Of a stretch of DNA of 58,893 nucleotides, positions 26,943-35,413 are shown piece after piece. This DNA comes from Pseudomonadota bacterium. GTDB lineage: Bacteria; Pseudomonadota; Gammaproteobacteria; Burkholderiales; SG8-39. Under the pieces are notes generated by a model that was given only the letters and a program-made list of their open reading frames with translations, had not been told where the DNA came from and ran no database searches. The stretch spans positions 1 to 58,893 of the forward strand of contig JBFLYF010000001.1 of assembly GCA_040756795.1 (NCBI GenBank). Direction: 5' to 3'. Each line of letters starts with the position of its first letter. Position 1 is the stretch's first letter. A program made the position numbers and the translations under genes.

Positions 26943-28139
26943 CTAGATGACGCCCGCGCGCCGCAGCTCGTCCTGCTCGGCCGCCGAGAGCCCCAGCCAG
27001 CCGCCGTAGACCTCGGCGTTGTGCGCCCCGGGCGCGGGGCCCGAGCTGCGCGCTTCGCCGGGTGTCGCCGAAAGTCTCGGCACCACGCCGGGAACCGCCA
27101 CCGACCCGAAGTCCTCGTCCTTGATCTTCACGATCGCCCCTCTGGACCGGAAATGCGCATCCTCGGCGACATCGCGATTCGAATAGACGGGCCCGGCGGA
27201 GACGCCGGCTTCCGAGAGCTGCCGCACCCCCTCGCGCCAGGGACGCGCGCCGATCCATGCGGCGACGATCGCGTTCAGCTCCGCCGCGTGCTGCATGCGC
27301 AGCGTGTTGGTCCGGTAGCGCGCATCCTCGAGCAGGTCCCGGCGGCCGATCCGCTCGCAGAAGCGCTCGAACACGCTCTGCGTCGCCGCGGCGAAGGTCA
27401 CCCACGCGCCGTCGGCCGAGCGGAACATGCCCGCCGGCGCGACGTAGGCGTTGCCGTTGCCGACCGGCTCGTGCACCAGCCCGAGCTGGTCGTACTCGAT
27501 CGGCAGGACTTCGAGCAGCCGCAGCATCGCCTCGGTGCAGGCGAGGTCGATCTCCTGCCCGGGCGCGTCGAGGTGCCGCGCGCGGTGCAGCAGCGCGAGC
27601 AGCACGCCGAAGGCGCCGAACACCCCCGCGATCGGATCGCCGATCGGGTAGCCGGGGTGCATCGGCGGGTCGCCCGGCGCGCGCGTGATGTAGGTGAGCC
27701 CCGAATACGCCTCGAACAGGCGCGCGAAGCCGGCATAGTCCCGGTACGGGCCGCTCTGGCCGAAGCCGGTGACGCGCAGGATGACGAGCCTGGGCTGCAG
27801 GGCGCGCAGCGCCTCGCCCGGGAGGCCCCAGCCTTCCAGCGTGCCGGGGCGGTAGTTCTCGACCAGCACGTCGAAGCGCGGCAGCAGGCGCCTGAACAAC
27901 GCCTGGCCCTCCGGCTTGCGCAGGTCGAGCGTCACCGCCTTCTTGTTGCGGTTGGTCGCCTTCCACATGAGGCCCTTGCCGTCCTTGTGCGGCGGGAAGC
28001 TGCGCAGGGCGTCGCCGCCGCCGGGTAGCTCGACCTTGAGCACCTCCGCGCCGAAGTCGCCGAGCAGCGCCGCGGCGAACGGCCCGGCGATCACGTTCGA
28101 GATATCGAGGACGCGGATGCCGGCGAGGGGGCCGCTCAT
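26943..28139 (-). CDS. Family III CoA-transferase (CaiB/BaiF)
   Basis: MSGPLAGIRVLDISNVIAGPFAAALLGDFGAEVLKVE... Start set at the internal ATG that shares 1 nt with the upstream stop (TGATG). The N-terminal 92 aa of the track ORF look like off-frame read-through. Confidence 0.85.
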   Translation of the reverse strand: MSGPLAGIRVLDISNVIAGPFAAALLGDFGAEVLKVELPGGGDALRSFPPHKDGKGLMWKATNRNKKAVTLDLRKPEGQALFRRLLPRFDVLVENYRPGTLEGWGLPGEALRALQPRLVILRVTGFGQSGPYRDYAGFARLFEAYSGLTYITRAPGDPPMHPGYPIGDPIAGVFGAFGVLLALLHRARHLDAPGQEIDLACTEAMLRLLEVLPIEYDQLGLVHEPVGNGNAYVAPAGMFRSADGAWVTFAAATQSVFERFCERIGRRDLLEDARYRTNTLRMQHAAELNAIVAAWIGARPWREGVRQLSEAGVSAGPVYSNRDVAEDAHFRSRGAIVKIKDEDFGSVAVPGVVPRLSATPGEARSSGPAPGAHNAEVYGGWLGLSAAEQDELRRAGVI

Positions 28140-29284
28140 CAACTGAAATTCATTCCCAGGGACCTGAAATGCGCGATCTCCGCGGCCGAGAAGCCCCAGT
28201 CGGCAAGCGCCTGCTCGCCGCCCTCGCCGCGCTCGGGCGGCGCCGAGCGCACCGTTGCCGGCGTGCGCGAGAAGCGCGGCGCGGGCGCGGGCTGCTCGAC
28301 GCCCGCGACCGTGACGAAGGCCTTGCGCGCCGCGTTGTGCGCGTGGCGCCGCGCCTCGGAGAAGCCGAGCACGGGCGCGAAGCACGCGTCCGAGCCCTCG
28401 AACACCGCGCACCACTCCTCGCGCGTCTTGCTCTTGAATTTTTCGGAGAATAGTTTTCTGAGCTGGGGCCAGCCCTGGCGGTCATGCTGTGCGGGGAGCG
28501 CTTCGGCCTCGAGCTTCAGCCTCTTGAGCAGCTCCTCGTAGAACTTCGCCTCGATGGCGCCGATCGAGACGTATTTGCCGTCCTTCGTCTCGTAGACGTC
28601 GTACCAGGGGGCGCCGGTGTCGAGGATGTTCGCGCCGCGCTCCTCGCTCCAGCGCTTCGCGGCGAGAAAACCGGAGAACATCGCCGCGAGCAGCGAGGCT
28701 CCCTCGGTCATCGCCGCGTCCACCACCTGGCCCTTGCCGGACCTCTGCGCCTCGACGAGAGCGCAGGCGATGCCGAAGCCGAGCAGCATGCCGCCGCCGC
28801 CGAAGTCGCCCACGAGGTTCAACGGCATCACCGGCGCCTCGCCCTTGCGGCCGAACGCGTTCAGCACCCCGGCGAGCGCGATGTAGTTGATGTCGTGTCC
28901 GGCGCGGGGGCTGAGCGGCCCGTCCTGGCCCCAGCCGGTCATGCGGCCGTAGACGAGCCGCGGGTTGCGCGCGTGCAGCGCCTCGGGCCCGAGGCCCAGG
29001 CGCTCCATGACCCCGGGGCGAAAGCCCTCGATCAGGGCGTCCGATCTCGAAACCAGGGAAAGAACGGCTTGAACGGCGGAAGCGCTTTTCAGGTCGAGCG
29101 TCACCGAGCGCTTGCCGCGCATCATCACGTCCATCCAGCGCTCGCGCGCGAGGCCGAGGTCGGGCGAGGCGGGGCGGTCCACCACGATCACGTCGGCGCC
29201 CATGTCGGCGAGCAGCATCCCCGCGAACGGGCCCGGGCCGATCGCTTCGAATTCCAGGACGCGGATGCCGGCGAGCGGACCCAT
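28139..29284 (-). CDS. Family III CoA-transferase, alpha-methylacyl-CoA racemase-like
   Basis: MGPLAGIRVLEFEAIGPGPFAGMLLADMGADVIVVDRP... Confidence 0.8.
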   Translation of the reverse strand: MGPLAGIRVLEFEAIGPGPFAGMLLADMGADVIVVDRPASPDLGLARERWMDVMMRGKRSVTLDLKSASAVQAVLSLVSRSDALIEGFRPGVMERLGLGPEALHARNPRLVYGRMTGWGQDGPLSPRAGHDINYIALAGVLNAFGRKGEAPVMPLNLVGDFGGGGMLLGFGIACALVEAQRSGKGQVVDAAMTEGASLLAAMFSGFLAAKRWSEERGANILDTGAPWYDVYETKDGKYVSIGAIEAKFYEELLKRLKLEAEALPAQHDRQGWPQLRKLFSEKFKSKTREEWCAVFEGSDACFAPVLGFSEARRHAHNAARKAFVTVAGVEQPAPAPRFSRTPATVRSAPPERGEGGEQALADWGFSAAEIAHFRSLGMNFS

Positions 29285-29299
29285 GGTGCGCGACTCGGC

Positions 29300-30121
29300 T
29301 CAGTGCATCCCGAGTGCTGCCTCGATGTTGCGCACCATCGCCACCAGGCGCGGGCCGATGTCCTCCTCGAGCTGGTCCTTCTTCAGCAGGAACGCGGGCA
29401 CGGAGCAGTTGAAGGACACGATCTCGGCGTCGGCCTGGCGCCGCATCGGCACGCCGACCGCGTGCGTGTCGCGGCGCAGCTCGCCGAGCGAGGTGCAGAA
29501 GCCGCGGCCGCGGATGTCCTCGGCCGACTTGTCGATCTGCGGCCGGAACTTGCGCAGCAGCTCGGGCTCCTTCACCTTCATCTGGTTGAGCAGCGCCTCG
29601 CGCTCCGCCGGCGTGCAGGCGTAGAGGTAGGCGCGGCCGATCACCGACTGCGCGATCGGCACCGAGGTGCCGATGTCGGGCAGCGACGCCATGCCGTTGC
29701 CGCTGCGGCAGGTCTCCACGTAGACGACATTGAGGCGGTCGCGCATGCCCATCGACACCGAGCCGTTGGCGTGGTCGGCGAGCTCCTTCATGAACGGCCG
29801 CGCGATCTGGCGGATGCTCATCGAGGCGAGCAGGGGATAGCCGATCGAGAGCACCGCAGAGCCGAGCTGGTACTTGCCAAGGCGCATGTTGTGGCGCAGG
29901 TACCCGAGCTTGGTGAGCGTGTAGGTGAGCCGCGACACCGTGGGCTTGGGGAGCCCGGTGCGCACCGAGATCTCCTTGTTGCCGAGCATCGGCTCGGGCG
30001 GGGTGAAGCAGCGCAGCACCTCGAGGCCGCGCGCCAGCGTGGTGGCAAACTGCCGGTCTCCCTCGTGCTCGTAGCTGTGGGGCGGAGGGGAAAGCGTGGC
30101 GCCGGGTTCTGACGAGCCCAT
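29300..30121 (-). CDS. IclR family transcriptional regulator
   Basis: wHTH region (TLARGLEVLRCF...ISVRTGLPKPTVSRLTYTLTKLGYL) plus an IclR effector domain. Start chosen at MGSSEP (the alternative is 30217). Confidence 0.85.
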   Translation of the reverse strand: MGSSEPGATLSPPPHSYEHEGDRQFATTLARGLEVLRCFTPPEPMLGNKEISVRTGLPKPTVSRLTYTLTKLGYLRHNMRLGKYQLGSAVLSIGYPLLASMSIRQIARPFMKELADHANGSVSMGMRDRLNVVYVETCRSGNGMASLPDIGTSVPIAQSVIGRAYLYACTPAEREALLNQMKVKEPELLRKFRPQIDKSAEDIRGRGFCTSLGELRRDTHAVGVPMRRQADAEIVSFNCSVPAFLLKKDQLEEDIGPRLVAMVRNIEAALGMH

Positions 30122-30231
30122 GGAGTCTCCAGGAAGTGAGATCTGCTGCCGATTGTTTCGCGTTTCGATATTCTGTCCGCGCGGTGCCCATGTCAACTTA
30201 GTCGTACGACATTTCACATAGCGGAACTACG

Positions 30232-30999
30232 ATGGATAAGTCCTTGTTCGACCTGAGCGGCAAAGTGGCCCTGATCACCGGCTCTACGCGCGGCATCGGA
30301 AGATCGATCGCCGAGGAGATGGCGCGCGCGGGCGCGAAAGTCGTGGTCTCGAGCCGCAAGGCCGAGGCCTGCGAGGCGGTGCGCGCCGAGTTCGAGCGCG
30401 AGGGGCTCGAAGTGCTCGCGAAGCCCTGCAACGTCTCGCGCAAGGACGAGCTGCAGGCGCTCGCCGATGCTGCGCTCGCAAAGTGGGGCCGCGTCGACAT
30501 CGCGGTGGCGAACGCGGCCGCCAACCCGTACTACGGCCCGCTGACCCAGATTCCGGACGAGATGCTCGACAAGACCCTGCACAACAACGTGAAGAGCGTG
30601 CTCTGGCTCGCGGCGATCACGCTCCCGGGGATGGCCGAGCGCGGCGGCGGCTGCTTCATCAGCGTGGGCTCGATCGGCGGCATCATCGCCAACACCGTGA
30701 TCGGCGCCTACGGCATCTCCAAGGCCGCCGACCACCACCTGGTGCGCAACCTCGCCGCCGAGTGGGGGCCGAAGAACGTGCGTGTCAACGCCATCGCCCC
30801 GGGCCTCATCAAGACCGACTTCGCGCGCGCCCTCTGGGAGGACGATGCACGGCGCACCGAACGCATCGCGCGAACGCCCCTCAGGCGCCTCGGCGTGCCG
30901 CGCGACATCGGCGGCATCGCCGTGTTCCTGGCATCGGAAGCCGCCGCCTTCATCACCGGGCAGACCATCGTCGCCGACGGCGGGGTGACGATCCTCTAG
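30232..30999 (+). CDS. SDR family oxidoreductase
   Basis: GKVALITGSTRGIGRSIA, NAAANP, YGISKAA. Confidence 0.88.
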   Translation: MDKSLFDLSGKVALITGSTRGIGRSIAEEMARAGAKVVVSSRKAEACEAVRAEFEREGLEVLAKPCNVSRKDELQALADAALAKWGRVDIAVANAAANPYYGPLTQIPDEMLDKTLHNNVKSVLWLAAITLPGMAERGGGCFISVGSIGGIIANTVIGAYGISKAADHHLVRNLAAEWGPKNVRVNAIAPGLIKTDFARALWEDDARRTERIARTPLRRLGVPRDIGGIAVFLASEAAAFITGQTIVADGGVTIL

Positions 31000-31001
31000 C
31001 C

Positions 31002-31038
31002 TTGGCACCCGGGGTTAAGTACGGTAAAATGCCGTATC
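31002..31038 (+). promoter_or_regulatory. Candidate sigma70 promoter and operator of the TA pair
   Basis: TTGGCA (31002-31007), 17-nt spacer, TAAAAT (31025-31030). The inverted repeat TACGG-taaaatg-CCGTA (31020-31036) spans the -10. The ATG at 31039 is 8 nt after the -10 and has no SD. Confidence 0.4.
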
Positions 31039-31320
31039 ATGCCGAAAGCCCTGCCGAGCGCGCGCTTCGACCTCAAGATGGATGCCGAAGACAAGGAGGT
31101 CGTTTCCCGGGCCGCGGCCCTCATGGGCACGACCATGGCCGGGTTCGTGCGATCGGCGGCCAAGGAGAAGGCGCAGGCGCTGCTTGAGCGCGAATCGCGG
31201 TTGGCGCTCTCGCGGCGCGATTTCGTCGCTTTTGCCGCAGCGCTCGATCGCTCCTTCAAGCCGAGCGCGTCTCTCAAACGCGCGCTGAGCGAGTCGCGAA
31301 GAAAAGTAAGGCGTGCTTGA
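31039..31320 (+). CDS. DUF1778 (TacA-like, RHH) type II antitoxin
   Basis: RFDLKMDAEDKEVVSRAAALMGTTMAGFVRSAAKEKAQALLE...LSRRDFVAFAAALD is the typical DUF1778 pattern. It overlaps the toxin start by 8 nt. Confidence 0.8.
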   Translation: MPKALPSARFDLKMDAEDKEVVSRAAALMGTTMAGFVRSAAKEKAQALLERESRLALSRRDFVAFAAALDRSFKPSASLKRALSESRRKVRRA

Positions 31321-31822
31321 GGAGCGCCCGCTCGACCCCGCACTGCACGACCGGAGCGGATTCGACTGTGGCGTCCCGGAGCTGAACGAGTATCTGCGCA
31401 GCTTCGCGCACCAGCACCGCCGCAAGGGCGTAAGCGCCGTTTACGTGCTTGCGGATTCGGCGGCGCCCGCCACCGTCCTCGGCTTCTGCACATTGAGTGC
31501 CGCGCAGGCCGATCGCGACTGGCTGGAGGAGCCCGAGCGGAGGCGCCTGCCGAGGCATCCGGTACCCTGCTTCCGGATGGGACGGCTCGCCTGCCGGGCG
31601 GACCGGCAGGGCTCCGGGTTGGGAAGACTGCTCGTCGGTTGCGCCGTCGAACGCTGCCTCAGGGCTGCCGAAGAAGTCGGCGCCTATGCCCTGATCGTGG
31701 ATGCCAAGAACGACCGGGCGAGAGCCTTCTATGCGCACTACGGATTCACGCCGTTTCGCGATCGGCCGCTGATGCTTTACCTGCCGTTGCGCCGGCTTCG
31801 CGCTGAAAACCGAGGTCCGTAG
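31313..31822 (+). CDS. GNAT-fold acetyltransferase toxin (TacT-like)
   Basis: GFDCGVPELNEYLRSFA..., acetyl-CoA loop RQGSGLGRLLV, C-terminal AFYAHYGF. GTG start inside the antitoxin 3' end. Confidence 0.8.
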   Translation: MLEERPLDPALHDRSGFDCGVPELNEYLRSFAHQHRRKGVSAVYVLADSAAPATVLGFCTLSAAQADRDWLEEPERRRLPRHPVPCFRMGRLACRADRQGSGLGRLLVGCAVERCLRAAEEVGAYALIVDAKNDRARAFYAHYGFTPFRDRPLMLYLPLRRLRAENRGP

Positions 31823-31848
31823 GCCTGGGCCGGATCGCGGGTGGCATG

Positions 31849-31883
31849 TCTGCAGATTGAAAGGTAGACTTTCAATATGCAGA
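31849..31883. promoter_or_regulatory. 15-bp inverted repeat enclosing the ATPase start codon
   Basis: TCTGCAGATTGAAAG-gtaga-CTTTCAATATGCAGA (one mismatch). The left arm holds the only SD-like GAAAGG and the right arm holds the ATG (31877). Confidence 0.5.
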
Positions 31884-33031
31884 CCCGGTATGTTCCGCGT
31901 GCGATCGAGCCGGAGATCCGGGCGGCGCTCGCGCGCGCCCCGGCGGTGGCGATCCTCGGCCCGCGGCAGTGCGGCAAGTCGACGCTCGCGCGGCGCATCG
32001 CGGCGGCGCGACGCGACGCTCTGTACCTCGATCTGGAGCGGCCCTCGGACCGCGCCCGGCTCGCCGAACCGGAGCTGTTTCTCGAGCGCCATGCCGGCCG
32101 GCTGGTGTGCCTGGACGAGATCCAGCGGCTGCCGGAGATTTTCGCCGTGCTGCGCAGCCTCATCGATGCGCGGCGCCGGCCCGGGCGCTTCCTCATCCTC
32201 GGGTCGGCTTCGCGGGAATTGCTGCGCCAGAGCTCGGAGTCGCTCGCCGGCCGGATCGCGCATTTCGAGCTGACGCCGTTCCGCGCCGACGAGGCGGGCC
32301 GCGCCGCGGGCCGGCTCTGGCCGCGGGGTGGGTTTCCGGAGAGCCTGCTTGCGCGCAGCGAGGCGGCGAGCGTCGCCTGGCGGCGCGACTTCGTGCGCAC
32401 GTTTCTGGAGCGCGACCTGCCGCAGCTCGGAGTGCGGGTTCCCGCGGCGACGCTTTCCCGCTTCTGGCGGATGTGCGCGCACCATCACGGCCAGTTGCTC
32501 AACCAGTCGCAGTTGGGCGCGGCACTGGGGATCAGCCACGTCACGGTGCGCAGCTATCTCGAGCTGCTCTCGGCGACGTTCATGATCCGGCTCCTGCCCC
32601 CGCTGCTGCCGAACCTGCGCAAGCGCCTGGTGAAGTCTCCCCGGGTCTATCTGCGCGATCCCGGCATCCTGCACAGCTTGCTGGAGATCGAGACCGCGGA
32701 CGATCTGCTCGGCCATCCGGTGCGCGGCGCCTCCTGGGAAGGCTGGGTGATCGAGAACGCGATCGCTGCCTTCGCCGGATGGCGGGCTCATTTCTACCGC
32801 GCGGCGACCGGAGCGGAACTGGACCTGGTGCTGGAAAAAGGCAGCCGCCGGATCGGGGTCGAATGCAAGGCTTCGGCCGCGCCGAGCGTCGGCAGATCGT
32901 TCTGGGCCGCGCTCGAAGACCTGGGAATTCGCGAGGCCTGGGTCGTCGCGCCGGTCGAAAGCGGATTTCCCCTCGGCAAGGGGACGCGCGTCGCGGGGCT
33001 GCGCGAATTCATGCGCCGCGCGGCGCGATAG
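31877..33031 (+). CDS. AAA+ ATPase with DUF4143-type C-terminal region (PD-(D/E)xK-like motif)
   Basis: Walker A GPRQCGKST, Walker B LVCLDEIQ, central HTH-like LGISHVTVRSYLELL, C-terminal GAELDLVLEK...IGVECK. Confidence 0.8.
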   Translation: MQTRYVPRAIEPEIRAALARAPAVAILGPRQCGKSTLARRIAAARRDALYLDLERPSDRARLAEPELFLERHAGRLVCLDEIQRLPEIFAVLRSLIDARRRPGRFLILGSASRELLRQSSESLAGRIAHFELTPFRADEAGRAAGRLWPRGGFPESLLARSEAASVAWRRDFVRTFLERDLPQLGVRVPAATLSRFWRMCAHHHGQLLNQSQLGAALGISHVTVRSYLELLSATFMIRLLPPLLPNLRKRLVKSPRVYLRDPGILHSLLEIETADDLLGHPVRGASWEGWVIENAIAAFAGWRAHFYRAATGAELDLVLEKGSRRIGVECKASAAPSVGRSFWAALEDLGIREAWVVAPVESGFPLGKGTRVAGLREFMRRAAR

Positions 33032-33120
33032 ACCTCCGACGTTCCGTTTGAAACACGGCATCCTTGTTGTGCCCGCGCGGGCGCGGTAGCAGTAAACTTC
33101 AAGGCTCCACCGGAGGGACC

Positions 33121-34308
33121 ATGGACCTCAACTATTCGCAGGAAGAGCTCGCGTTCCGCGACGAGGTGCGCGGCTGGCTGAACGCCAACCTGCCCAGGCA
33201 TTTGCGCGACAAGGTCGCGAACTACGAGGAGCTCGGGCGCGAGGACCTGCTCGGCTGGCACCGCATCCTCGCCAAGAAAGGCTGGGTCGCGCCCGCCTGG
33301 CCGAAGGAGTGGGGCGGCACGGGCTGGAACGTGGTGCAGCGCTACATCTTCGAGGAAGAGCTCGGCTACGCCGGCACGCCGCCGCTCATTCCGTTCGGGC
33401 TTGCGATGTGCGGGCCGGTGCTGCTGCGCTTCGGGACGGAAGCGCAGAAGAAGCGCTTCCTGCCGCGCATCTACAACGGCGACGACTTCTGGTGCCAGGG
33501 TTATTCGGAGCCCGGTTCGGGCTCGGACCTCGCCTCGCTCAAGACCAAGGCGGAAAGGAAAGGCGATCACTACGTCGTCAACGGCCAGAAGATCTGGACC
33601 ACGCTCGGGCATTTCGCAGACTGGATCTTTTGCCTCGTGCGCACCGACTCGAACCTGGCGAAAAAGCAGGAGGGCATCTCGTTCCTGCTCATCGACATGA
33701 AGACCCCGGGCATCACGGTGCGGCCGCTCGTTCTCATGGACGGCGGGCACGAGGTGAACGAGGTGTTCTTCGACGACGTCGAAGTGCCCCTGGAGAACCT
33801 GGTGTTCGAGGAGGGCAAGGGCTGGACGGTGGCGAAGTACCTGCTCGGCCACGAGCGCATGAACACGGGCCGCATCGGCGCCTCCAAGCGCGAGCTCGCG
33901 AAGCTGAAGGAGTTCGCCGCGCGCCAGGCGGGCGACGACGGCCGGCCGCTCACCGAGGACCCGCGCTACCGCGACAAGCTGACGCGCCTCGAAGTCGAGC
34001 TGATGGCGCTCGAGATCACGAACCTGCGCTTCCTCGACCAGATGCGCCGCAGCGGCCAGCCGCCGGGCGCGGACGTCTCGATGCTCAAGGTCAAGGGCAC
34101 CGAGATCCAGCAGGGGCTGACCGAGCTCGCGATGCAGGCGGTGGGGCCGCTCGCGCAGCCGCGCAAGCCGGTCGACGGCGGCATGGAGTTCGACCGCTTC
34201 ACCGCGGGCCTCGCGCCGCGCTACTGCAACTTCCGCAAGACCACGATCTACGCGGGATCGAATGAGATTCAGAGAAACATCATTGCCAAAATGACCCTGG
34301 GGCTCTGA
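33121..34308 (+). CDS. Acyl-CoA dehydrogenase family protein
   Basis: MDLNYSQEELAFRDEVRGWL..., WCQGYSEPGSGSDLASL, C-terminal IYAGSNEIQRNIIAK. Start at the ATG preceded by GGAGGGA. Confidence 0.88.
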   Translation: MDLNYSQEELAFRDEVRGWLNANLPRHLRDKVANYEELGREDLLGWHRILAKKGWVAPAWPKEWGGTGWNVVQRYIFEEELGYAGTPPLIPFGLAMCGPVLLRFGTEAQKKRFLPRIYNGDDFWCQGYSEPGSGSDLASLKTKAERKGDHYVVNGQKIWTTLGHFADWIFCLVRTDSNLAKKQEGISFLLIDMKTPGITVRPLVLMDGGHEVNEVFFDDVEVPLENLVFEEGKGWTVAKYLLGHERMNTGRIGASKRELAKLKEFAARQAGDDGRPLTEDPRYRDKLTRLEVELMALEITNLRFLDQMRRSGQPPGADVSMLKVKGTEIQQGLTELAMQAVGPLAQPRKPVDGGMEFDRFTAGLAPRYCNFRKTTIYAGSNEIQRNIIAKMTLGL

Positions 34309-34310
34309 CC

Positions 34311-35411
34311 ATGAATTTCGATTACAACGAGGAGCAGCAGCTCCTTGCCGACTCCGTCCGCCGCTTCCTGCAGAAGGACTACGACTTCGAGACGCGGCGC
34401 AAGATCCTCGCCTCGCCCGAAGGCCGCAGCGACGCGGTCTGGGCGACGATGGCGCAGATGGGCCTGACCGGGCTGCCGTTCTCGACCGACTACGGCGGCT
34501 TCGGCGGCGGCGCGGTCGACCTGATGGGCGTGATGGAGGCCGCGGGCGAGGCGCTGCTCGTGGAGCCCTACCTGCCGACCCTCATGGGCGGCCTGCTCGT
34601 CGCGCGCGCGGGGTCGGAAACGCAGAAGAAGGCGATCCTGCCGCAGGTGGTCGAGGGCAAGCTCAGGCTCGCCTTCGCGCACACCGAGAAAGGCGCGCGC
34701 TACAACCTCGCGAAAGTGCAAGCACGAGCGAAGAAGGCAGGCAGCGGCTGGGAGATCGCCGGCGAGAAGATCGTCGTGCTCGGCGCGCCTGACGCCGGGA
34801 AGGTTGTGGTTTCGGGGAACACGGAGGAGGGGTTATCGCTTTTCCTGGTGGACAAGGCGAAAACAACAGTCAAACCTTATATCACGCTCGACGAACAACG
34901 TGCCGGAGACGTGATTCTCTCGGGCTCGGCAGGCGAATTGCTGGGCGAGGAAGGCAAGGCGCTTCCGCTGGTCGAGGAAGTGGTGGACTACGCCACGGCG
35001 CTCGTCTGCGCCGAGGCGGTGGGGGCGATGAAGTTCGCCTGCGACACCACGCTCGAGTACCTGAAGACGCGCAAGCAGTTCGGCGTGCCGATCGGCACCT
35101 TCCAGGCGCTGCAGCATCGCATGGTCGACATGTACATTGCTTACGAGCAGTCGAAGTCGATGGCCTGCCTCGCCTGCTCCAAGGCCGATTCGCACGCCGA
35201 TGCGCGCGAACGCGCGCGCGCCATCTCGGCGGCCAAGATCAAGATCGCCGACAACTGCCGGCACATCAGCCAGGAATCGGTGCAGCTGCACGGCGGCATG
35301 GGCATGAGCGAGGAGCTCAAGGTCAGCCACACCTTCCGGCGCCTCACCGTGATCGCGCAGCAGTTCGGCGACGCCGAGCACCACTTGGCGCGCTTCGCCG
35401 CGCTTTCCTAG
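34311..35411 (+). CDS. Acyl-CoA dehydrogenase family protein (paired subunit?)
   Basis: MNFDYNEEQQLLADSVRRFL..., QLHGGMGMSEE. Starts 2 nt after the preceding ACAD stop. Confidence 0.85.
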   Translation: MNFDYNEEQQLLADSVRRFLQKDYDFETRRKILASPEGRSDAVWATMAQMGLTGLPFSTDYGGFGGGAVDLMGVMEAAGEALLVEPYLPTLMGGLLVARAGSETQKKAILPQVVEGKLRLAFAHTEKGARYNLAKVQARAKKAGSGWEIAGEKIVVLGAPDAGKVVVSGNTEEGLSLFLVDKAKTTVKPYITLDEQRAGDVILSGSAGELLGEEGKALPLVEEVVDYATALVCAEAVGAMKFACDTTLEYLKTRKQFGVPIGTFQALQHRMVDMYIAYEQSKSMACLACSKADSHADARERARAISAAKIKIADNCRHISQESVQLHGGMGMSEELKVSHTFRRLTVIAQQFGDAEHHLARFAALS

Positions 35412-35413
35412 CG

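Noticed and set aside
33071-33086. GC palindrome GCCCGCGCGGGC after the ATPase gene as a terminator
   Set aside because: There is no loop of adequate size and no downstream T-run. It may form a structure but does not look like an intrinsic terminator.
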